Position numbers and translations under genes: made by a program. A stretch of 64,000 nt of DNA from Diadema antillarum (taxonomy: Eukaryota): positions 434,001-498,000 of the forward strand of contig NW_027270974.1 in NCBI RefSeq assembly GCF_040938485.1, in the 5' to 3' direction. Under the pieces are notes generated by a model. The model made no database searches. It saw only the letters and a program-made list of their open reading frames with translations, and was not told the DNA's origin. Each line of letters starts with the position of its first letter. The stretch's first letter is position 1. Shown here one piece after another: positions 45,401 to 58,032 of the stretch.

Positions 45401-46757
45401 ACGAAAATGAAATAGGTCAGTTTTAAAAGAATTCTTGTATAATAATTCTAAGGCAAAGATGTGGCGATAACTCGGATTGATCAATGCAGGAAGATGGCTG
45501 GCAGGTAAGCGACGACTAAGGAAATAAATCGCTCATGACGAGTCTAAACTTAGATTTTCCGTGAGAGAGAGTAGCAATAACGACTATCTCCGTTTTGCTT
45601 TTTTTTGGGGGGGGGGGTGGGGGGGGGTTTAAAATTCAAATTTCATTGGTGGACATTGTTTCCAAGTTACAACAGCTAAATATTATGTTATGTTCAGGGT
45701 GCACATTATTTTGCCTGCCAGGCCTGCTTGTTATTATTATTATCATTATTATCATTTCAGAAAGATAGTACGGGCATTGGATATGCATTTGCCCTCTTAA
45801 TATCTTGATAGGAATATAACGATATAAACATAAGTATGATTGTGGATATCGAATTATCCTAGACAAGTTTGTAATTGAAAGTGTGCATTATGGAATGTGT
45901 TATGGATAAGTTGATTGGCCATGTAAAATATGACAATGGATCTCATAGTTTCTGCTTATTGCTAAGTTTTTGTTCTCAACTTTTTCTGATATCATTATAC
46001 TACTTCATCAATCAATTTTGTTGCAAAATGTTACAAAATGCATGTAATGTAACAACTCATAAACAGCATATCCAATAGAATTTGTTTGTATTTGTACGAG
46101 TCTAGTTTTGCCAAGATTGTTTCGTTGACTGGCATGCATAAAGGTGAGTTCGCTGTGCAACATTTCACATGCGGCAGAATGTACAATATTCATACACACA
46201 TACATGCAGATGGATACGCGAGAAATATATAAACATACATACATATAGGTACAAAACAGTGCGACCTCTTTGGACAGAGTACGATGCCAAGTCAAGTGTA
46301 CATTGTACACAAACAACAGGTGTTAAAATGGCGTGATGAACTTGCTGTAATAGCACCGGTTAAACATTTCCTGCGAATGCAGTCGTAGCGGAACCCGGTA
46401 GCGGAAGTTGGTAACTCAACGCGTTAAGACTGCAGCGTGTGAACAATGTGTGAAAATGCACCCAATGCCGGTACACTGTACTTAAGATGGTTTAAGTGTC
46501 TGATAGAAGATTGGTTTGTTACCAAATGGAACAGTATACCTTTTTATCACCAGTGACGGAATTATGCGGAAGGAGGTTAACATTTAATGTCATTGTTACA
46601 TTAAAGTGTTACAGCTGATATTTGCTCACGGAGATTATTCAATTGCACAAGTATACTAATGTTGAGGTGTGAATTTTCTTGAATTTGTCTCCCTCTACAA
46701 ATAAAATTTGTAAGATCGCAACTGCTGGTCTGTAATTTAACAAACATGTCGGAAAAA

Positions 46758-46833
46758 AGGAACCACGGGACTCGAACCTGTCATCTACTGCTTCCCGGGC
46801 AGCGACACTACCACCAGGCTATCCTTGGTTGCC
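46758..46833 (-). pseudogene. tRNA-like element (tRNA pseudogene or SINE head) with GGG at the anticodon position, followed by a T6 run
   Basis: A-box TAGCCTGGTGG; B-box GGTTCGAGTCC; anticodon stem CTGC-CCGGGAA-GCAG; imperfect acceptor and T stems; C instead of U33. Confidence 0.55.
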
Positions 46834-46910
46834 GGCAGTGACACGATGAACATGGAACAAATACCCAAGCTCCGAAATTATGTTAAGTATAATCCAAAGC
46901 GGACAGGGCA

Positions 46911-47001
46911 TTAACCCGTTGAGGACGAGTCCCGAGTATACTCGGGCAGGTGTCTATATGGGAAATGCATGTTGTAGCAAAATCAGTCCGTCCTCAACGG
47001 G
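46911..47001. mobile_element. piggyBac-like MITE, copy 3 (opposite orientation)
   Basis: TTAACCCGTTGAGGACG...CGTCCTCAACGGG; reverse complement of copies 1 and 2; internal palindrome at 46931-46946. Confidence 0.8.
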
Positions 47002-47190
47002 TATCTTAATGAAAACAAGAGGGAGACAAAGTGAAGAAAATTAACACCTCAACCTTCACCCCTCCGATTAATAGATCATCTTGCTTTAAACAAATGTTTG
47101 GCAAATACTGTGCACTTTATATATAATTATAGATGTCAATCATACGAGAATGTCGAGTACTAGTGGTTGAATAATAATGTTCTTCAACTA

Positions 47191-47440
47191 GGTGGGGCAC
47201 TGTGGAATAGGAGATACAGGACTCTTGATTTTCAGCAGGAGGTCCCAGGTTCAAATCCCGTCGCATATCCCTCTCCTTGACCCATCAGGTGTATAAATGG
47301 GTACCCGGCAGTGCTATGGTAATAATAATGGCAGGGCCCTCTGGTGGAGCAGTGGAAACACTGCAGGGCCCTCTGGTGGAGCAGTGGAAACACTGATGGA
47401 GGCTACCCTAGATAAAGAAGACTATGATATTATTTATGAT
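47191..47440 (+). mobile_element. tRNA-derived SINE with an internal 32-bp tandem duplication
   Basis: Degenerate A-box; B-box GGTTCAAATCC (47248-47258); core motif GTATAAATGGGTAC; duplication at 47331-47362/47363-47394; (TAT)-like tail. Confidence 0.7.
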
Positions 47441-49434
47441 ACCGGTAACAATGAGGAAATGTGCATTCGTATACAGAATGAATTACCCAATCACTTCTCT
47501 TATATTGTTTCATTCGCTGTTCTTTATTGGAACACATCACGATTCACGACATCATCAAATCTTACAAGTTGTAAGACTACATTGCGGTGCTGTGTTAGAT
47601 TAAGTCGTTTAGCTATATGGTCGGTTTGCATTCGTGATAACAGCGCTGTTTAAAAGCTTTAATGCGACCGATTCGTACACAAACCCGCACGTACACACAC
47701 ACAGGGAAATACATGCTTGTAAATGAGAATCGTGGCGAGCAAAGTATGCCATAATGAAGCTATCAATTAGACAGTTAATTAACAGTTTACATAACATGAC
47801 CCGAGTGGCTTAAGTTAGCAATTTTAGTGTTTGACATAATTGCAATGACTTACAAATGTTACATTCCTAGATATTTTCTCTGCTTACACTGGAATACGAG
47901 ACTTTAAATTTTTACTTGTTGGCTTTCATGAAGAGATTAAAATCAGACAAATCTTTAAAGGTTTCATCAAAATTGTAACATATGAAAGTCATGGAATTCT
48001 ATATTGTCTCCCGTGTTTTCACTAATCTGTGCTAATACTTGCAAATACATACTCAAAATGACATCGATTATGACGATGATGTTACGTCACCACATTAAAA
48101 GTGTCCTTTTGAACTGTGAACAAAAATTTCGATGTCACATCTTTGTTTGACAAGAAGCCAATAAGAACAAGATGTCACATGCATCGAATAAATTTATTGC
48201 TGTCCTAGTGATGTAATATACCTTATAGCAGCATTAAATAGTGAGCGCAAAAATGTCTGCAGTTGCTAATTAATCGGCCGAAGCATGATTCTATACGATA
48301 ATAGTTGTGCAAACAAATGGGAGATTTGTGGGGGTATGGCATCACTGCCTTAATTCTTCAATCTGCGTATTTTAAGTGAAAATAAATTAGAAATATTAGA
48401 AATGCATTACTTTTTTATTATAAATGGTCGATTTGATAAAACGCCTGACATTCTGTTCGTCTCATTTTTCTCATCAAAGACCAAAAGTCAACTGAAAAAA
48501 ATACCCAACTTCATGTCATTTTCGATGTCAAGATATTGATCTTGCACGAATAAGAATAATTTTATGATATAAATATGAAGCAAATAATTATTGATGCGAA
48601 ATGGAGATCGCAATGATACTGGCTGCTCCTATGAACAGTGCTCGTATGCTATGATGCTTGGTACAGCCAAAGCGTGACAAAAAGCTTGAAGCTTGAATTA
48701 AGACTTACTTTCACTGTCTAAAATACTATTGAAAGCGTTTAGAACCCAAGAACCAATCGTTTAAAGACCATTAAAAAAAAACAAACTACATGCGATAAGG
48801 ATAAAGCGCCTACCGCTGTCGGTATGGAGTTTTGAATATTACATGTATATACTATTATATATAGCATTGCACATTTTATTCATGAACCGGCATGATCCAA
48901 CATTTCCATAAAATCTCATTTTATATTGCATTAAAAATGTTCGATAAAGGGAAAACAGTTTTCATGAGCAAAGAAGTTCACCTGCAATGGTAAGACACTT
49001 TCACGACTGCGACCGCATATTGTTTGCGGCAACCAGACAAACAGACAAAATATGAGGACATTGTCGTTTTATTGTTTATGCCGATGAGTGAAAGCATGTA
49101 TACCGCATCGCATCAGTAATCCCGCTGAGAGGATCACTCTCACATTTTCACATCAGTACTTAAACGTGAAACAATAATTTAATGATATCAAAACAGCGTG
49201 TGATCCATATCCAATCCATGGTTACTTTTCACGGCATAATGACAATGTTTTGGCAGAGTCAATGGCCGGAATTGGCTCTCACCACTTGCAGTCATTCTTC
49301 TTTGGATTGCGTCAAATTCAATACGTTCTCATCATCAGCATTCCAAATTTGCGACGTTACCATATATTCTCTAAAGATTTCAAAGCAATATATGAGAAGG
49401 AAGTCACTTTTTATTTTCTATTTGTTTTCACTTT

Positions 49435-50364
49435 CTATTTGTTGAAACGTACAACGAGACCAAGTTCGAGGAGCGGTCTGCTTTTCTTTCTGTCTCTCCT
49501 ACAGATTTTGACCTCGTCCAGGAGGTCGAAGGCGCCCCTGAGGAACATGATGAGGTTCTTGGTGAGGAAAACAGACGCTGACATACCGTGGTCGAGCCAG
49601 AGGTGGCACCGGAGTGCGAAATACGGTACGTCGACGAGAATCATGAAGAGCACGTTCTTTAGCAGGAAAACCTGTTCCCACGAGTCGGTGTTCCGCCGGT
49701 GTGCGCTGCGTTTGGCGGCGATGAGTCGCAGTGCGAATAGCGGGAACACGGGGAGGACGATGCAGATGCAGCCGAACGCCAAAATGGCGGCCCGCAAGTG
49801 GAACGGGAGGTCAGAGTCGGCGTGAAGCATGTCCAGGAGGTCGGTCGTGTCCAGGATGGCGAGGCCGACCACGGCGCCGAGTTTCTGGATCTGCAGGCGG
49901 TACTTGGCGTTCTCGACGTCCTCGTGATGGCTGTAAGCAAGCAGCATGAAGATGAGACCCGACATCGACACCGCGATGGTCAGCATATCCGAAGTCGACA
50001 ACCACCACGTGATTTGCGGATGTTCAGTGCTGTTATAAATTTTGATTAGCTTCGCGATTAGGACGCCGGCGTAGACGAGCCACGAACAATAGGCGAATGG
50101 TAGCTCCTTCGGTAACTGCCGCTCCTTCTTCGGGATCTCCGGGTAGGGACGATTGGCGCGGATCCGTACCATCACGAAGGCAACGCTCCAAAAGACGACG
50201 ACCAGACTGTCGCAGATCACCCAGATGTAGCCCCGCTTGAATCCGGTCCCAGTCCCAAAACGGATCAAATAGAAGTCGATGAGGACATTTTGGGCTATGA
50301 GTACTACTAGGCAGAGAACCTTGACAAAGACGTCAACACAAAATGAACGCACGTGCTCAGCCAT
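49435..50364 (-). CDS. Multi-pass membrane protein of the TMEM121/CECR6 family, 309 aa, intronless CDS
   Basis: Long GC-rich ORF with several hydrophobic segments. The first ATG is at 50364; the track's 50391 start is a TTG. LDTTDLLDML resembles TMEM121 LDLLDLLDM, and SASVFLTKNLI resembles SAIFVGKNVV (alignment from memory). Confidence 0.72.
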   Translation of the reverse strand: MAEHVRSFCVDVFVKVLCLVVLIAQNVLIDFYLIRFGTGTGFKRGYIWVICDSLVVVFWSVAFVMVRIRANRPYPEIPKKERQLPKELPFAYCSWLVYAGVLIAKLIKIYNSTEHPQITWWLSTSDMLTIAVSMSGLIFMLLAYSHHEDVENAKYRLQIQKLGAVVGLAILDTTDLLDMLHADSDLPFHLRAAILAFGCICIVLPVFPLFALRLIAAKRSAHRRNTDSWEQVFLLKNVLFMILVDVPYFALRCHLWLDHGMSASVFLTKNLIMFLRGAFDLLDEVKICRRDRKKSRPLLELGLVVRFNK

Positions 50365-53226
50365 ATTTTCAAAGCTACGCGTACAATCCAACCAATTTCA
50401 CAATGTCGCCAAGCAAACGGTGTCGGAGTTCTCTTCACGTAACATTTAGCTTCTAAGAAGACCAGAAGCCCAAGGACCCATGCACTATATCTTCCTTCTG
50501 TTCAAGTATCGCAATTTCATTCGTCCACGCAAAGTCCACGTAAATTAATGTTTGGCTGGTCGTTAACAAATAATCTGAATTGTTTCATTAAATGGGGCAC
50601 GCAGGTTAGTAATTATCTTCCGTTTCCATGAACCATCTAAACCTTATCTGCAATTAATTGAATTACACATCATATCCGATCCTTCCTCTCATCTCAACCA
50701 CGTTTGAAAAGTTTCCAGACGCGCATGCGCTGTACGAATATTAGTTATTCCTCTGCTGGCATCTACGAGGAACCAGTGCTGATGGAGAATGCCAAAGAAG
50801 ATTAAGATCTCGTAGAGATGCAAACAATTCCGTCGAAGAAATTAAAGCACTGCTGAAGACGAGTTACCAGCAATTTAAAGCTTTAAGGCAACGTCGATGT
50901 ATTGCAGTCGTACGATGGCAAACCACTTAATTGAGTTCTTATAACTCGGTTGAAGTACTATGTCAGACTTTAAAAGTCAGACAATACATGACTCTATTGG
51001 TCCCGAGGACAGGTGCTGTGACGGTCATCTCCTAGCCCACGAGTTGATTTCGTTTTTTTTTTAAACTTAATATAGCAATTCTCAAGAAAATTTTGGTAAT
51101 CCGATGCTGTCTTTATGATGATTTGACTTTGATGGAAGAAAACTCTTATACTGCAAGAATCAAATTTTTTCTTTCACCTATCATAAATGCACCAGATGGT
51201 TAACAAAAAAGACTGCTGTTCAAACAGATCAGAGTGATGTTTCTCCAAGAACGTAATGGTCCATAGTGATATTGTAGAAGTGAATGATGAGCAATCAGAC
51301 CGCCGGAAGGAACTGCTTTTCAGGTCTGTGGTCTGTCAGAGAATAAAAAATCGCAATGAGCATGGCAACAGGTATCCGCCACACAATGACACCTTCCCCA
51401 GCTCCCTTTGGCTCCTGAGCTAGATTCACTCTACGTAACGTTCCCCCCTCGACAAATCCCCGTTGACTGACGGTGTCTTAAACCCAGCGATCGTCTGCTC
51501 GTCTCTGCGGTGATTTGGCGGGAAATTGGCTTAGCGACCTGAAGTTGGAGATAATGCTGCCGTTCCTTTCTGCCAGTAATCGCGCGAAGGCGAATTATTA
51601 ATCGCGGGTTGTCTTCATCACAGCTCTGCGCATCTTTCCAGACAAAACGATTATGTGTACTGACATACAAAAATGACTTCAGATCTCTATGAGAGATTTA
51701 AGACCTTGTCTAACCCAATTCCGAAGCAAGCAAACACCAGACACTCAAATATCATCAAATTGCAGGAGGATTTTTATTCATGACGTCAAAATTAATATCG
51801 TACTGAAGTATCCCTTAATCTTTGAGTAAAGAACTCCCTGAGGTATAGACCAAAGTATCTGAATAACTGTCGGAGGCGTCCCAGCGTGCGTTGAACTCTT
51901 TGCCACGAGATCGAAAAATCGGTCACCTTCACCTCTCAAATCCCCTACACATTTATATTTACGTCCCCCTATATAGCCTATGATATATCCTATAAGTGAG
52001 GTCACCATCATTATTCATCCAATTCCGCTGTGCTTCTTTTTATGCGTGTGTCTGTGTGTAATACAAGAATAATCCCCGATTTAGTCACATCCGGCGGGAT
52101 GGTTGTTTCTTGTTTGCAGTGGATTCCACAGAAGCCCGAATCGTCGGACAACTACAATTTTCTTTTCTTGCAAATTGATAAACAAAAGATGATGGTACCA
52201 ATTCACAAGCGTGATAGAGGTTGGACTTCAATATTTTGTTGACGGGTTGTAAGGCAATACAGAACGTCATAATGCCTTTAAAAATTTACGCGCAACTTGA
52301 GAACCAAAAACTTTCCGCAGCTGCACTAGAAACTTATTCCATCCAGCTGCAACTAACAACTGTCTATTGGGTCAGAATTTAAAAAAAAAGAAAGAAAATT
52401 CTTCGAAGCAGATGTAAAACACGTGATGTAATGTTAACAGACTACACATCAGATCACGTGAAAGAAACGTTTGATTTAATCCTTAAGATATTAGATATTT
52501 TCCTTATTTTTTGTTGTTCAATTTATCGGGGCCATAGGACGCCACACAGATTGTTTCGATGACACCTAAATAACCCTATAGATTCAAATAACTTCACTTA
52601 GCATGTCATCACTGCATTTTAACTGATTTATTTTCGTGTTGTTTTGATTTTTTGTTTTATTGATTTCAATACCATTCTCTAACCGGAGTCTTTTACAAGA
52701 CCTTCAGTGATATCAAGTGGTATAATTTCAAGTCAAAAGCGAGTCGAAAGTAAATCTAAACCCACCATGCATACCGACAGGTTCTTGGTCTTTGTGCGAG
52801 TGGGTGTGTGTGGGTGTCTATCGCAATTACAGTTTACTTGTATATTTGTCATTTGTTTATTTGTTATTTACTAATTAATGAGAAATCCTGGTTACCAACC
52901 TGATCTATGAATACACTTCGACCCGAACAATTCCCTTACTTTGTACCTTGTTTTTCTACCTCTTTCTATGACGTCAATGGAGGAACACCTGCTAAACTCT
53001 GCGTCTGACGCAGCGCAGACGGAAAGACACGGATTAACACAAGCACCTGTTCTAGCTGCAGAGAGTAGCAAGTGCAGAACTTCTCAGGAGCGTTGGGTTG
53101 CTATATGACGTGGTTTGGTGGGCGGCACGTTTTAACTATCACATTATACGGCGAGATTGGAGTCCTAGAAAGCGACTCCCTGAGAAAAACTTCGTGAGAT
53201 TGGAAGAAAAATCAAAACCAGCAACA

Positions 53227-53257
<31 letters not shown>

Positions 53258-53556
53258 CAACTATTGTGTCCCAAAATTACTCTTTGTTAAAACAGGTATC
53301 GTCCAGCTTATCTCGTAATAAAATTGTACCAAGGCGCACAATATTGCAACTGATCGACAAATTACCTTCCATCGACGTAAATAAACATCGATTATCTTAC
53401 CACGGCGATTAGTCAGACACTGAAAAACATCTCGACGCAAGAATCATTGCTTTGCCTAGGTAACTGTACCACATTATTACAAAGCTCATTTATAAGCCGC
53501 CACTATATTCATGCGGACAGCTTGTTCGCGACGTCCTCGTCATCAAAGCATCAGAC

Positions 53557-53704
53557 GCGAGCTTTAGATCTGCGACGCGAACGCTATAAAGACGACGTTG
53601 TTAGGCTAAAATGGTGTTCTGCACATGCGCGTGGCAGCTGTTTCCATCGTTCAACTCGGGAGGCTGCGTCGTCTTAGCGTTCGCGTCGCAGATCTAAATT
53701 TCGC
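53557..53704. mobile_element. MITE-like element with about 40-bp CpG-rich TIRs
   Basis: GCGAGCTTTAGATCTGCGACGCGAACGCTATAAAGACGACG is inverted relative to CGTCGTCTTAGCGTTCGCGTCGCAGATCTAAATTTCGC. Confidence 0.7.
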
Positions 53705-54028
53705 TATTAGACCAACGCACGTGCGCTGGAGATTTTTCCTCTCTGTGATCTCATCCTAGTTGGGATTAGAGCGTGCACCTGTCGGACATGTTGGAACTGC
53801 AGCAAAACATGTGGAAGTCTTTGTGTGCTTTGAGTGCAGATTGGAACAGAAAATCACGTGACGTTGTATACTCACTGTCCAAAGATCTCGGCCCAAAACG
53901 GGTTAACGAATAATAAAAAGAAGTCATTTGCGAGGGACGAGAAGCTGCGTTTACTTATAGACCGATTCGGGTTCGTTGAGGGCAGCAGACAATTTGTGGC
54001 ACTGGGCGCAGCCATGAGCTCATTTTGA

Positions 54029-54240
54029 GGTGTCTTAGCCGACCCCCCCCCCTCCTCTCCCCAACCCCCGGGCAACATGTTTATCACGCACTTGTAACAA
54101 AGGTTCGCGCACTAAGCAAGCATTCGCGCACTCAGTACGAGACGCCCATTGGCTAAAACAACCATGCATCAGTTTTTCATTCCGTGCGCGTGAGAGGGGT
54201 AGGGAGAGAAGAGGGGGGGGGGGGGGTCGGCTGAGGCACC
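54029..54240. mobile_element. MITE-like element with GGTG(T/C)CT(T/C)AGCCGACCCCCC TIRs
   Basis: GGTGTCTTAGCCGAC(C)n ... (G)nTCGGCTGAGGCACC. Confidence 0.6.
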
Positions 54241-54623
54241 GCGTTGATGGCGCTGCCCATGCCAAAAATACAGTGCCGTATATTAAGAGAGTCTGGCCAA
54301 CTCGGTTTTTGGCTTATGTCTTTTGAAGCCTGTGATTGGTCAAAAGCCGGTCCCGTGATCTACAGGCGCCATGTCGTTACTGAAGTGCGCTCATACGCAG
54401 TGCCCATTGTTAACTACCCCTTATTTGGCTTGGTTATTTTGTTACGTCTGAGCGTACTCACTAACTTTGTAACGCGTAATACGCGCGGTAACGACATGGC
54501 GTCCAAATTAGCAGTTGGCCAGACTCTCTTAATATACGGCACTGCAAAAATACACATAGCGCGTCACAGAATCGGTCTATAATCAAGCTCTGGCATTCCA
54601 AGACGGGAAAACCCGAGTATGAT

Positions 54624-54758
54624 NNNNNNNNNNNNNNNNNNNNNNNNNNNNNNNNNNNNNNNNNNNNNNNNNNNNNNNNNNNNNNNNNNNNNNNNNNNNN
54701 NNNNNNNNNNNNNNNNNNNNNNNNNNNNNNNNNNNNNNNNNNNNNNNNNNNNNNNNNN
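54624..54758. other. Assembly gap (135 N)
   Basis: Run of N. Confidence 1.
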
Positions 54759-54989
54759 AGTGTAAAGTTGAATCCAAAGGGACTGGAGAAAATAATTCAA
54801 CTAATAAGAACTTCTACTTACACAATACATGTAGTACCAACACGGTATATTCATCTCAGTAAAATTTATCTTTGACTTAGAGCCAATTTTCCGATTTGTG
54901 CAAGGTCTACTTCAGTTAGGTTGACTGCAAATGGTATGTAACTATGTCAAATCATTTAGGAGAGAAAGACCTTAAATTCTACAGAAGTT

Positions 54990-55292
54990 GTTGATTCACA
55001 AACTGACTATCGCATCATTCCACACCAGTATCAGATCTGGGGATCTTCACTGACCCTCCTCTGCCTTTTGTCTGTCCACCCTTCTTAATCCCCCTCCCTT
55101 TACCTGTTGGGTTCCTTGCCTGTGACCTCCTACCCTCAGCTTTTGTTTTCTTTGTTCTGTGTCCCTAGCCCTCCCCTGACTGTTCTTGTTGTGTGTAGTC
55201 CTTATAATGTGATTGCTGTCCCTGCCTGTTTGTTATTTTGCCTCTGACGAAGATTCTGCTAGGATCAAAAGCTCAGACCCCTTTTGACTCTA
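54990..55292 (+). mobile_element. Probable 3' end of a Penelope-like retroelement with a decayed minimal hammerhead motif
   Basis: Pyrimidine-rich tract followed by GCCT-CTGACGA-AGATTC-TGCTA-GGATC-AAAA-GCTC-AGAC (55240-55278). Confidence 0.45.
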
Positions 55293-56600
55293 GCATCAGA
55301 TCAATCAGCAAACAAGACCACATGACTGTCGATTCCAAATGAGGGAATGTCGTTATGACGTTTTATTTCAAACAATCTCAGGGACATTAGAATTTGGATC
55401 ATGAAGTCGAAGCATTAAAGTGGAAGACAGTAGCCAAAATAAAAACTTTAACTGATAGTCCTTAAAAATGATAGAAAATATTGCATAGAGTAATAACAAG
55501 ATCATGAGTACTAAGAGCGATATGCGTTTTGATTATATTGACACATATCTTGCCTACATGGACTTACGTAGGAATTGTCTGTATCCACACAAAATACTCA
55601 CACTCTTATTGTAAAAAAAATAAAGTAATGTAAAAACCAACAATACCAATGCAAAAATTTTATATGATTACAATTAATGTTGGTGTCTGTGCACCAGCGT
55701 CCATCCCTTCAAGAAATATCAAGAGCTTGAAAGCAGAAACAAGGCCATCTATCTCAAGAAAACATTGATACCATTTGTTAGTAATATGAAATCAAGTTGG
55801 CTCCAAGTCTGAAAAATAAGTTTTATCAACAATCCTCATATAATAATTTGTGTGTCATTTCACATGCAAGATTATGCATATCAAGGAAACCACACTCTTG
55901 GAATCAGGAATTCAATAAATGGACATCACAAACTGTAGAAACCCTTGTAATCACTTTCTGATGCAGGGATTCCCTTTCTTCTTTGAAGCCCTGGCTACGA
56001 CTACCACCATTCAAAACAATCAAAAACAAATAAGTAAATAAACAAACAAAGCACAAAGAAAATAAAACATGAGGGAGGGGAAAATTACAACACAGATATA
56101 CATGAGTCTTTTTTCACGAGCCAGAATAATATACAAAAAAAGAAGAAAAAGCCTAATGTTACTTATTGTAAAGCCGTCCACTGCTTAATCTTGAAAGGAA
56201 GTTGGCAAATGAATGAGTAAAATTATCAAACTTTTGCTACATTTCCCCTAAAATAGTATATTTGAATTATGAAATAAATTTCTCTGACATAAGATGTTAA
56301 AGGGATTTAGAGGCAATATCAGTTTTCTGAGTATATGGTGGTACAAAGAAATGACACATAGATGAAAATATCCAAACAGTACACAATTCACAAACATAGG
56401 TAAATAATAACATACCTTATACAATGGCACAAGACATCTCAGTGACAATGATTCTATCATCCAGGGAAGCATAGAATAACATGTGAATATCTTCATTCCT
56501 GTGACCAAATTTATCGAGTCAGGCAGAGATGTAAAAAACAGGGGGAATGAAATTTGAATATCCCTGTGGACATCAGAGGCAATTCATTTATTCATCTACA

Positions 56601-56838
56601 NNNNNNNNNNNNNNNNNNNNNNNNNNNNNNNNNNNNNNNNNNNNNNNNNNNNNNNNNNNNNNNNNNNNNNNNNNNNNNNNNNNNNNNNNNNNNNNNNNNN
56701 NNNNNNNNNNNNNNNNNNNNNNNNNNNNNNNNNNNNNNNNNNNNNNNNNNNNNNNNNNNNNNNNNNNNNNNNNNNNNNNNNNNNNNNNNNNNNNNNNNNN
56801 NNNNNNNNNNNNNNNNNNNNNNNNNNNNNNNNNNNNNN
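56601..56838. other. Assembly gap (238 N)
   Basis: Run of N. Confidence 1.
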
Positions 56839-58032
56839 GAATTCATCTCCAAACTCTGAGGGAGAAGCTTGTTGCTGTACTAAACTTATTATATGCCAGT
56901 TCTTGTGCCAAGGGAGTACTCCAAAGATAGACGCATCAGTGTACAATTGAAAGTAAAAACAGTCCATCATCTCCCCCCCCCCCATCTTCTTTTTTTCTTT
57001 CATACAGTGAGAACTACTACCCATTTAATGACAAAGGACAGAGATGATGGTAGACTTTTAGTACGATCACATATTGTGACTGATCACTCACAGTGTCTGC
57101 AAGCTGTGAAAAGATGCAAGATTCATTCTCTTCTAAAGTGACAGCTTATTTAAAACTCTAAAAACTCTTAAAAGTGGGTTCAAAGAATACCAAAAAAAAA
57201 AATAATAACATTGGAGCAACACATCATTGAAAGTTTGAGGAAAATTCGACAACCTTTTACCAACTGTCATCATGTGTGGGTTCAGAGAATTAAAAAAAAA
57301 AATTATTAAAATTGGAGCAAACTCCAAGTGAAAATTTTAGTACAACTGGACAATCCATTTTGTCAAGAGCTGACTGAGATTTTCCTGATTTCACTTGATG
57401 TGCATCTGGCATCCTATGTCAGAATTTACAATAAAGATTTCAACAAGAAGAAAATGACAAGAATACAAGATGTGAAGCAAACAGCTACTTTGCTATGATG
57501 TTGGGATCATCTCATAAAATAACGATTCAGAGAGGCTTGCAGTGGTGACATGTACATATTCACAGAATTAAAACAAAAACCACACACCATAGAGTCATAT
57601 GTGATAATTCTAAATCACAGAGTTATACTTTCTCACATCACAACATACATGTGGCTGACTTTTGACAGCATACTATGGCACAAAACACAAATGATGTAAC
57701 TACCTCCTAGTTTACTTAGGATGGCTGACTTACAATTTCATGGTCCATCATATTCAAATGTTGCATAGCATTGTACTACAAGTCATCGTCAATTTCTTTT
57801 CAGTAGTCTTGAGTCTATACAATACTCACTTATTTAATTATGCTGCCTCTAGCAATATTGTGGCTCACATACGAAACATGAAATTATCGTAATAAACACT
57901 AACAAATCACGCATATCAACTGCCTAGGCCGAAACGTTAAAAAAAGATATCTTCTTACAACAGTCCTTATGTTTGATCCTTTTCTTTTGGGGGGACGGGG
58001 GAAGGAACCTTTCAGGTGTGGTCTGCGATTAT

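Noticed and set aside
45494-45510. AAGATGGCTGGCAG|GTAAGC resembling a first coding exon
   Set aside because: No compatible downstream exons found; an 11-nt match can arise by chance.
49250-50049. Several plus-strand and alternative-frame ORFs of 60-191 aa
   Set aside because: Shadows of the TMEM121-like CDS.
50365-50391. Nine extra N-terminal codons on the TMEM121-like ORF
   Set aside because: The track start is a TTG; the first ATG is at 50364.
54564-57024. ORFs spanning X runs
   Set aside because: Artefacts of translating N gaps.
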